Assembly (NCBI RefSeq): GCF_006345805.1
Contig: NC_043001.1
Coordinates: 22,258,001 to 22,322,000 of the forward strand
DNA length: 64,000 nucleotides
Direction: 5' to 3'
From: Octopus sinensis
Lineage: Eukaryota
Both the position numbers and the translations under genes were made by a program. The first letter of the stretch is position 1; each line of letters starts with the position of its first letter. Below the pieces are notes generated by a model, which saw only the letters and a program-made list of their open reading frames with translations, was not told the DNA's origin and did not search any database. Shown piece after piece: positions 25,236-64,000 of the stretch.

Positions 25236-27711
25236 CCATAACTAAGTTTTATCTTTTACTTGTTTCAGTCATTGGACTGCAGTCATGCTGGGACCCATTT
25301 TGAAGGGTTTTAGTCAAACAAATCAGACTCCAATACTTATATTCTATTTAAGTCTAGTACTTATTCTATCAGTTTCGTTTTTACTCAATCCATTTCTGAT
25401 CATATTAGGGAGTTACAACTGAAACTGGGTTCAATTTTGCTGATCTAACAAGAATGGGAGATTGAGAGAAAGAGAAATCTAAAATTTTAGTTATGGTGGG
25501 AAATATTAGATGTATGCTTTCAAGCAACAGTAGCTAAGTTTTACATTATGCTTATCAAAGAACTTATGATATATGGCTGATAGTGAAATGTTTTCTGGTT
25601 TTTTTTTTAAGAATGACAGAAAATCTTTTAACTGTATTAGATACTACATTCATGCAATATGGAAGTAAGTCTAAACTAAATTATGTCTTTGTATTTAGTT
25701 TTAAATGCTCTGTGGGGCTAATCCCATAAACTGTATTTGGTTTTTTTTATAAATCACTTTTTCAGTGCACAATTGCAGTAGAGTATGATGTAATTAAATA
25801 TGTTCCCTTCAGAAGATAGTAATGAAATTTTATTAACAATGTTCTTTAAGTTTTTTTTTATTATTATGACTGTGTGGATGGTCAGAGATTTTCATTATGT
25901 AACAACTATTATTATTCCTTATCCTTCCAATCTATAATCCATTCAGCTGGATTATCCCATCAATGCCACACAGAAGGCACTCTGATAAACAGTTAGCATC
26001 AGAAAGAGCATCCAGCTGTAGAAACCATGCCAAAGTAGACATAGAATCTGGTGCAGCCTTCTGGCTTGTCCCGTCTTGTGAAACTGCCCAATCCATGCCA
26101 GCATGGAAAAGGGGACATTAAATGATGATTATGATGATGATGAATCATTTATGTACATTATATCTTCATTTGGCTTTACAACACCAACATAGCAATAATT
26201 CATATATAGAGAGAAAAAAAGATATACAAACACAAATATGTATGCACATCATATATGTCGTGTCTATTAGCAACAAAGAGTTTCAGAGAAAATGGAAGAT
26301 ACGGAACAGAGGGAGTGATAAAGACTTGGGAGAAAATGATCCGATGATAACACATTTCACAAGGAGATGATGAAGGACCATGTCAATTGGCAATACAAGA
26401 TGCTGGAGAAAACATGACCTTCCCCACTCACTCACCTGTGCAAGCATGGCAAATCGAACATTAAAAAGTGGCATGCATGATGGAGGCAAAGAAGCATCTG
26501 CTGCCTCTCTTGCCATTTTGATACCCACTTATCTTCTTATCACCCATTACTGTCACTTAAGCTGCCCATTTAATGAGAGATGATACTGGATCTAACTATA
26601 TTTAGTACCCCTATCGCCACCCTTACCAATCTAAATCCTTCGTCCATCACAAGGTCTATGTGTAAGATATTGCATCAGATCTGTTTGTACTTCACACACT
26701 CTGCCACCACACTTTCTATACTGCCAGTCATCACTCACTCTCCTTTAGACAGCTTGTTACTGACATCCATCACTCGCTCTTACCATTGTCCACATCTCTT
26801 ATTGCCCATCACTCCCTCACCTTCACGATCCAATCACTCTGTTTCTGCCACCAAACACTCTCTCTTCACCTACCCATTTTGATTCATCTGCCATTATTCT
26901 CTTTTCAGTTCATCTTCTCAGCCACATTTCATTCAGTGAATAAACATGTCTAAGAGAAGTGAGGATTCTTTACACTTGTGATGTACAAGGCAAACCCCAC
27001 TCATGTTAGTGCCATGAAAAAATGCATGTTACACATTCTGTAAAGAGCAGAGGAAACACAGAGTTAAGCAGACCCATTACTCTTGTCTTGTTAAGACCGT
27101 GACAATTTCTATAGAGCTAGTACTATGACAAACTGCACCCAGAACACTCTGTAAGACAGATGGTGCTAGTATGGAATGTGGATGTAGAATAATAAATGGT
27201 GTGTATATGTGTACATGTATGTGTGTATATATATGTATGTCATATCATATCATCATCATTGAATATCCACATTCTCTCTGGCACATATAGGAAGGTTTGA
27301 CAGGATCTGCCAGGTCCAACAGACCACATGATGCTCCAACGTCTATTCTGGCCTGGTCTCTATGATTAGATGCACTTCCTAGTGCCAGTCAGTTTACAGC
27401 ATGTACTGGGTAGTCTTCACGATGGCACCAGCACTAGTAAGAACCATGCATGCAGCTTGCAAGAGTAAGATTCCCTTCAACTGAGTGGGGCTACAGTAGA
27501 GAAGAAGGTGGATTCATATTCATGTCAAGAGATGAAGGGTTAAAATAAGAAAGAAGGGACCAGAACAGAATAGGTCTCTTGCACAATGACTGGTGTGGAG
27601 CTGTAATGAAATAAAATAGTGGTAAAATAAGGGGTAAAATAGTGGACCTTCAATGTACAAGGTGTGTAGAGGTGAATGGGAGCGGGAAAACAGTGAATGC
27701 GGGTGGGTAGA

Positions 27712-27748
<37 letters not shown>

Positions 27749-27784
27749 ATGTTAACAACCACATGTAAGCATATATAGGTGAAA

Positions 27785-27971
27785 AAACAAAGTGGAGAAA
27801 ATAGTACTCGAATACCAAAGACAGAGTAAAATACTATTTTACTGAAGTGGAAAAAGTTCAGAAGTTGTTATTCAGTGTTTCATGCAACTGTTTGTCAGAT
27901 GACTGCGTGACAAGAGGTTACCTGAAACAGAGTAACAGTTTGCAAAATTCTGTCAGCATCAATAAAATAAC

Positions 27972-27972
<1 letters not shown>
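27785..27972 (+). mobile_element. Older, diverged relative of the 39594-39793 element
   Basis: Colinear similarity (aaacaa.gtgga.aaaa.agtactc.aatacca...agagtaa; gaaac..agagtaacag...aataaa..tatata) with the same internal inversion. Confidence 0.6.
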
Positions 27973-28003
<31 letters not shown>

Positions 28004-29155
28004 TATGTACATACACAGATATGTAATACACATATCTGTTTGTATGTATATGTATGTGCGTGCACGCGTTTGAAAATTTCTGTGCGCATATGTTTGCTTA
28101 TTTCAAAGTCATGTTTAAAATATCTATTTATTTAGTAGAATGTGTGCATGTATGCATACACACACATATTCATACTTACATACATGTGTATGTATGTGTG
28201 TGTGTGTGTGTTTGTATATATTTATATAAATATATATACAAACACATACATACACACACTACCAAAAGAATACTGATCTGTTATTTTTCTCTGGATTTCA
28301 ACCAGAGAATATTCAACTAAAGAATCATAGCTGACATGTTTTTGTTGACTTATCTTAAGCCACAATTAACCAAAACAAACATAAAGATTCGAAAATTACA
28401 TTAACGTGTGTATTTGCATGGAAGAGATACAAAGAAGCAATGGTGACTCAAATGATAGAATAGATGTTGTTTTGAATCATTCCAATATATCGTCTCTTTT
28501 GATAGGAAACATTACACAACTTAACTTACTAAGATATATCTACACTACTTTATGCTACAATAATAATTATTAAAATATTTGCATCAAGGCATATGTAATT
28601 ATTGATAATGAAGAGGCATTCAACCTTTATCAAAATTGGGGTAAAAAAAAAACTGAAATGTTATTGATTTCTTATATAGGCACAAAGTTTTACATTTATA
28701 AGGAAGGAAATGATATTTTACTAGTCATGCCTTACGAAATGTATTAACAACATAATTAAAATTACCTTGGCTTCAATGAAAATATCTATACAGTTGCAAA
28801 ATTATTTCACCAATAGTTTATCACCAACTTATGCACTAAGAGTATACACATACAGTATGTCTGTCTATATATATATAGTATGAAGGATACCATTGTTTTC
28901 ATGTTAAGAAAATATCTTAATATCTTAATTTTTCAAGCTGATCACATGGAGGAATGGTGTTTGTCTCCATTTTCATCTAAAATGTTTTAATCCAAAATGG
29001 AGAAGAGCACCATTCCTCCATGTGATTGGCTCTAAAAATTGTTAAGATATCAAGATATTTTCTTAACATGAAACCATTGGTAGCCTTAATACACAAATAA
29101 AGGATCTTTATCCACCAATGTGGTGTTGAGCATTCATTCTCATTGTTTGACATTT

Positions 29156-29219
<64 letters not shown>

Positions 29220-30737
29220 CACACACAGTTTCTTTATTGAAATTGAAGCTAAGAGTCTGTCTCACAACTTGAGTTTCATGCCATTGCGATCTTCAGGTGA
29301 GGATTTATCACAATACTTACAATTGTCTTGGCTGAAGATAACAGTAGTTTGAAACTCAAGTTGCAAGACAAATACTCAGTTTCAATAAAATAACCATACC
29401 CTCTACAACATGTATTAAGCACTCCTTTATTATGTTCCACATAAAGCATGTATATGTGTATATGTATATATATATATATATATATACATACATACAAACA
29501 CACACACATTTCCACTATTTTCAAATGATTTTGATGGATGAGAAATGAAGAAAACCAAAAGATAAAACTAGCCAAATTATTATAGATATTGACATACTGA
29601 GCAGCATGTATCCCTTTGCTCGTGCTGTACTGGATCCTTGCCAAGGACCCAGTCTACCAAGCTGTGAATAAATACTATAAAAATTTTAAGCTTAAGGCTT
29701 ACTTTAAAGCTGATACTGTCTCTGCTGCTTCAATCAGCAGAAGCGCTATATAACTGACAAATCTTATACGACTTTGTCATGTTGGATTCAAACTTTCCAC
29801 TAAAACCTCTGGAAAGAAACAGATATTTCCTTAAGGTATTAATATAAAAGGCATGCTAAAAATATGAACGTTTAAAAAATAAAAGGGGGAAACAATAAGT
29901 TTCCCTTAATTAAATATGGATAGAGAAAAACAAAATAAAATCCAATAATCAAATTGTATTTGAACTTAATGGCTTTTTTTCGTGTGGTGCTTTGTCATAT
30001 CTTCCCTCAGATTCATATCACGGCATGTTTTACATCTAAACCAAAAGCAGTATTTATTGTTTTGGCACTGACTTTTAAGCTGCCTTATTATTTTGTTGCA
30101 TAGTTAGGTTTTGAAACAGAACTATTGTCAACAGAGTCAGCATTGTTTCAGATTCCTTCGACATTATAGAATTACTCTCTCACTTGCAGGCCAAGAATTT
30201 AAGAATTTTTACAACAGCTTCAAGAAATTAATTGAAATAGTGGAAAAAATTTCAAAAAATGAGATAATACTTTTCTTTTCTTTCTTAAATAAAATAGTTG
30301 CATTGATTTCAAACAGTGCCCAATGTCTCTCAAATTTAGAACAAAATTTTGAACAAATTTTTTTTGTTGTTTTTAAAATAAGCAAGAGAGAACAAGAGAG
30401 GTAACTCATACAATTTTTTTTTTTGGACATGACAAAGAAAAAAAAAATGCAAAGCAGCAAAATTTTATAAATTCAGATTTTAGCAATATTCCAATTACTT
30501 GTTTTAACTGTCATCTAGAACGATAACAAAAATATTTGTATGGAGAATAAATAAAAAATTTAAAAAATTTTACCGCGAGCATTTTTCAACAGTATCATAC
30601 TTCTGATTAGATATCAAATGAACCAAGGTTCATGATAAGCTGCCGGACTACAGACCAATTATTATGGTATTGTAATAACATAGAGATTCAAAAATCAGGA
30701 TTCAGGAACAACAGATTAAGACATTTATGAAGAAATA

Positions 30738-58372
<27,635 letters not shown>

Positions 58373-59296
58373 CTATTGGAGAGATAACAAATTAATTATT
58401 GTAATAATAATTAAATAACATGTTTTAAGAAGACATTTAGAAAATGTAAAACGGATGTTTAGCAAAACACAATTCATTTTGAAAATTTTCAAATTATTTA
58501 TGATTAGATTCCGTATTAAGATAAGTAAAATGGTTCTATAAATCTTTTTGATTTATTGGGGATTTTTTTTAGCTTAATACCTGTTCCTAGTATCAATCAC
58601 TTTCAGGAGGATATTTGAAGTATACAAATGTGTATACCAAGCCAATCTTTTGCCACCCACTTCAACACCAAAAGTCATTCAATCACTCACTTATCAGTGT
58701 GCAAAATCTCTGCACACCACAGGTTCACGATCTCAAGGAAATGGAAGGAACAACACTTCATATCTGAACTCAGTCACCAACAGATTTAAATTAATATATT
58801 TCCTTGCACTTTTACACCCTTTCGTAGTTCATTAAACCTTTTCTTATCCTTCAACTTCCCTATCACCTTATTTTTTTCCCTTCATCTCATATTTTTTCCC
58901 TTCATCTCACTCCCAACTTTGCCTGTTCCTCCTCATCGTTCCATTCCTCTTACCATTTATCCCCTCTCACCCTGTTTCTCTCTACTATCATTTCCTGTTC
59001 ACATGTGAAACTCCCACAGTCTTGTGCTCCTCATCAGTTGCAGCCAACTCTTTTTTTCTAACTTAGAGGATGTAAAACTCTGCTGTCTCTTATTAATTTC
59101 TTTCCTACCAAGGACTCTGACTGAAACACTGGATTTTTCTCTCCCAACAAGTTCACTGAATTATTTTTATGGATTTTACTAAATAATACAAGTCTAGCTG
59201 ATGCAAACCAACACCAATCTCTCTGGATTCTGTTTTATCATGTGAATACATATCATTATATCATATATATATATGTATATGTATATATATATCATT

Positions 59297-59487
59297 TACC
59301 ATGATAGATCGCTAGCCACTACACATTCTTTATTTTCTCTCCTTGTTTCTTTCTGTGTTCCTTTCTGATGAAGAGCATAGGCTCAAAATGTTAAAGACTC
59401 TCTCACTTCCTGAACGTTATACTAACACATCTGTTTGTTGTCTACACCACCTATCTTCGTCTTTTGTTTTTTTCTGAATTCTCCCCC
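59297..59487 (+). mobile_element. ~190-bp non-autonomous hammerhead-bearing element (motif 59361-59396); further copies at ~31272-31465 and ~39936-40123
   Basis: Three colinear copies with cttt-CTG(A/T)(T/A)GA-a-gagc-N4-gctc-GAAA-cg-tH-aaag. The 59.3 kb copy has (TA)n on both flanks, the 39.9 kb copy on its right flank. Confidence 0.65.
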
Positions 59488-61288
59488 TATATATATACAT
59501 ATATATATATATATATTCATTTAGAGATAGTAGGCCCCTCCATCTCACCATATAAAAAATAATTTTTTATATGGTGACATGAAGGGGCCTACTATCTCTA
59601 AATGAAAATATATATTTCTTCATTGAGAATAATTTGAACCCGTTATACCGGAATTTTTATTCCCTAACAAATAAAATTAAATAAAATTTTTAAAATATAT
59701 ATATATATATACAACACTATAATCTATTTTTCATGTTTGACATGGATCTAACTGAAGATGTAGTTAAAAAATAGTAAATAAAAAGACAAACGAAAAGAAA
59801 AATTACAACGCATTATTAAAATACTGTAAGGAAAAACAATTATTAATTTTACCCAGAGAAACAGTCATATTTTTATTTAAAGATCAATAAGAAAGTTGTT
59901 ATACAAAGAGAAGAAAAAAAAATCAGGAGATAAACCTTATTATTAATAATCTTTACACATGTAATTTGTGAAATATCCTTTGTCTATCTTTGGAAAATAG
60001 TTTAAACCACAGCCCTCCCAAGAACCAGGATTCATTAATACTTTTTATCATTTAATGTCTGCTCTCCATGCTGGCATGGGTTGGACTAATACTGATATAT
60101 ATAATATGTGTGTGTGTGAGTTAAGTTAGAGGTTATAACAGCTGTCTAAGGGATACTTGCATCCAATGAATCCACTGGTGTATTACCTATATTTAACCAT
60201 GAGTATTGGTATTAATGTGGAGGCATGTGGCTTAGTGGTTAGGATGTCAGTCAACATCATGATTGTAAGATTGTCATTTCAATTCCTGGACCAGGCAACG
60301 CGTTGTGTTCTTGAGCAAAGCACTTCATTTCACGTTGCTCCAGTCCACTCAGCAGGCAAAAATGAGTAACACTGCGATGGACTGGCGTCCCATCCAGCTG
60401 GGGAAGACATATGCCATAGAAACCGGGAAACCGGGCCCATGAGCCTGGCTAGGCTTTAAAAGAGCGTATCTATTTATTTTTATTGGTATTAATGCTCATA
60501 AATGATAGGCAATGACAAAAAGAAACTAAAGTTTATCAATATTCAAGGAAAGCAGAAAATGGAGATACAATTGATTTACATCAATTATCATTTATACAAT
60601 TCTAACATGCACTGATATAAGAGACATAAGGCCCCTTACAGCATATATCTATTGTTTACCTTTTTACTCCAGTAATTAACGATTTCTTAATGGCCAGCCT
60701 TTTGTTTTTGAAAATTAACTGATCAATAGTATCATCTTAGTGTCCAGACCAGTCCTACTCCTGACCTGGTGTTGTTTCAGGTATACTGCCTACTTATAAT
60801 AATAAGTAAAATGCATACCAAATCAATAGATAATAAATTATAATCAATTGTTAATATTTAGTTCTATAACAACTGTTTTTTCTAATTAAATTTCTTACTT
60901 TTTATTTTATTTTTTGCCTTAACCAAATTGCTCAAATAGCTATTATATATCTAACCCACAACCAAAGCAGCGAGCTGGCAGAAACGTTAACATGCCGACA
61001 AAATACCGCGAAGCAGTTCGCCCAGCGTGTTAACGTTTCTTATTTCTTTACTGCTCACAAGGGGCTAAACAAAGAAGGGACAAACAAGGACAGACAAAGG
61101 GATTAAGTCAATTACATCGACCCCAGTGCGTAACTGGTACTTAATTTATCGACCCCGAAAGGATGAAAGGCAAAGTTGGCCTCGGCGGAATTTGAACTCA
61201 GTCTGCCGCTACGTTCTGAGTTCAAATTCCGCCGAGGTCGACTTTGCCTTTCATGCTTATATATATACGGTCAACTTTGCCTTTCATC

Positions 61289-61326
<38 letters not shown>

Positions 61327-61330
<4 letters not shown>

Positions 61331-63397
61331 AGTTGTGATACTCATGCCCATGGCATGTAAAAAGCACCATCTAAACATGGCCGATGCCAGTGCCGCCTTG
61401 ACTGGCTTCTGTGTTGGTGGCCACAAAAAGCACCAAGCAATCTTGGCCAATCGGATGTTAAATGATGATGATGTGTGTGTGTGTGTGTATATATGTATGT
61501 GTGAGTGTATATACATGTATGTGTGTGTACATATATATATATGTGTGTATATGGGTGTGTATGAAAAATATATGTATATAAAAATATATATATATATATA
61601 TGCGTGTATGTGTGTGTGTGAGTATGTATGGATATCTATGTATATGTATACACATGGAGACGTGTATGAATGTGAATGTGTATGTGTTTGGGGTGTATTT
61701 GTGTGTGTGGATGTATGTATCCATGCATATGTAGATGTGTGTGTGTGTGTGCGTGTGTGTGTGTGTGTGAATAAATAAGGGCATACCATATAGTGTGAAA
61801 AATATAATGACCTCAAATCAAAAGATTCACAAAGATCATCTTTTGACAAGAACTCAACAATGTCTTTTGACTACTCCTACCATTTACAACTACTTTTTGT
61901 CTTCTTATATTCCACCTTTCTTTTCTCCTTCCTTTCCTTTTCTTCTTTCTTCTTTTTTCCCCACATGCTGTGGTATGTACTTTTGTATTCTTTTATTATT
62001 TTTTACTTTATATTCTTTTTTATATTCTCTATTTTTGATTTTTTTTTTTCTATCTTTTAGTTCCTATTTTTATTTCTTGTTTGTATACCTATAAGAAAAA
62101 AATCTGTTGCTATATAAACAACCTTCTAGACCACAGAATTTCACTTTGAAAACAGCTATCCAGAAGCTCGAAACTCATTAGAGTAATTGGAAGTGTTGTC
62201 ATTAAAATAAAAATTAGCCCCCAAAAGCCATCTCATTTTTTCATATATATACATGTACATATATATCTGTATATGTGGAGGCGCAATGGCCCAGTGGTTA
62301 GGGCAGCGGACTCGCAGTCATAGGATCGCGGTTTCGATTCCCAGACCGGGCGTTGTACTCTTTCACCACAACTTTCTCTCACTCTTACTTCCTGTTTCTG
62401 TTGTACCTGTATTTCAAAGGGCCAGCCTTGTCACTCTCTGTGTCACGCTGAATATCCCCGAGAACTACGTTAAGGGTACACGTGTCTGTGGAGTGCTCAG
62501 CCACTTACACGTTAATTTCACGAGCAGGTTAATTTCACGATCAACCGGAACCCTCGTCGTCGTAACCGACGGAGTGCTTCCACATATATGTATATATATG
62601 ATTTCAATGGAAGCAATACCAGCAGAAAACTAGAGGAACATCACCTATCATCCAACAGAACATTCAATATATATGTGCACTTTCATTGGGCATTAATATA
62701 TTAATATATATATATATATATATATATATCTTTTACTTGTTTCAGCCATTTGACTGTGGCCATGCTGGAGCACCGCCTTTAGTCGAGCAAATCGACCCCA
62801 GGACTTATTCTTTGTAAGCCCAGTACTTATTCTATCGGTCACTTTTGCTGAACTGCTAAGTGACGGGGACGTAAACACACCAGCATCGGTTGTCAAGCAA
62901 TGCTAGGGGGACAAACGCAGACACACAAACATACATATATATATATATATATACAACAAGCTTCTTTCAGTTTCCATCTACCAAATCCACTCACAAGGCT
63001 TTGGTCGGCCCGAGGCTATAGCAGAAGACACTTGCCCAAGATTCCACGCAGTGGGACTGAACCCAGAACCATGTGGTTGGTAAGCAAGCTACTTACCACA
63101 CAGCCACTCCTACGTCGTTTATATATATATATAATATATATTTGTAGTTGTGATACTCATGCCGATGGCATGTAAAAAGCACCATCTAAACATGGCCGAT
63201 GCCAGTGCCGCCTTGACTGGCTTCTGTGTTGGTGGCCACAAAAAGCACCAAGCAATCTTGGCCAATCGGATGTTAAATGATGATGATGTGTGTGTGTGTG
63301 TGTATATATGTATGTGTGAGTGTATATACATGTATGTGTGTGTACATATATATATATATGTGTGTATATGGGTGTGTATGAAAAATATATGTATATA

Positions 63398-63433
<36 letters not shown>

Positions 63434-64000
63434 TGTATGTGTGTGTGTGAGTATGTATGGATATCTATGTATATGTATACACATGGAGATGTGTATGAAT
63501 GTGAATGTGTATGTGTTTGGGGTGTATTTGTGTGTGTGGATGTATGTATCCATGCATATGTAGATGTGTGTGTGTGTGTGCGTGTGTGTGTGTGTGAATA
63601 AATAAGGGCATACCATATAGTGTGAAAAATATAATGACCTCAAATCAAAAGATTCACAAAGATCATCTTTTGACAAGAACTCAACAATGTCTTTTGACTA
63701 CTCCTACCATTTTCAACTACTTTTTGTCTTCTTATATTCCACCTTTCTTTTCTCCTTCCTTTCCTTTTCTTCTTTCTTCTTTTTTCCCCACATGCTGTGG
63801 TATGTACTTTTGTATTCTTTTATTATTTTTTACTTTATATTCTTTTTTATATTCTCTATTTTTGATTTTTTTTTTTCTATCTTTTAGTTCCTATTTTTAT
63901 TTCTTGTTTGTATACCAATAAGAAAAAAATCTGTTGCTATATAAACAACCTTCTAGACCACAGAATTTCACTTTGAAAACAGCTATCCAGAAGCTCCAAA
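61327..64000. repeat. Near-identical direct duplication: 61327-62173 vs 63142-64000 (runs off the window)
   Basis: I saw only a few substitutions and microsatellite length differences over ~850 bp. Confidence 0.92.

Noticed and set aside
29703-29808. Exon-like segment with strong splice sites and a single in-frame TGA (selenocysteine or editing-rescued stop?)
   Set aside because: It lies beyond the DENND2 stop, all three frames contain a stop, and there is no homology; nothing supports recoding.
30184-30217. Exon-like 34-nt segment (VVKILKFLAC)
   Set aside because: It falls ~520 bp past the DENND2 stop, in the probable 3' UTR; no supported partner exon.
58400-64000. Next upstream DENND2 exon (expected FEY..VGL...KFP-like)
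   Set aside because: Candidates near 58.6, 59.75, 60.7 and 61.8 kb had the wrong phase, stops or no similarity; the exon is unrecognised or outside the window.

Overview
AT-rich animal genomic DNA dense in microsatellites and SINEs, most consistent with an octopus (inferred from the repeat landscape, not verified). I reconstructed two convergent spliced genes by hand. One is a complete 5-exon METTL15 (mitochondrial RsmH-type rRNA m4C methyltransferase; + strand, 3283-14927, 384 aa). The other is the last 11 exons of a DENND2/ST5-family Rab GEF (- strand, 58372-30738; upstream exons not found). The most striking structure lies in the 9.3-kb DENND2 intron (38730-48033): a ~4.9-kb palindrome (40163-45075) made of two head-to-head, RT-less Penelope-like element copies. 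Each arm has an Asn-rich GIY-YIG endonuclease frame (intact on the right arm) and ends in a canonical type I hammerhead ribozyme. Around it are smaller hammerhead-bearing elements of at least three other families, several folded back at the ribozyme, and many further hairpins. The rest is LINE relics (RTE, CR1, RLE-type), tRNA-derived SINE families, non-autonomous Helitrons, piggyBac/hAT MITEs, minisatellites and a recent ~1.8-kb-offset duplication at the right end. All alignments were done by eye; repeat boundaries are approximate unless a TSD or TIR is quoted.
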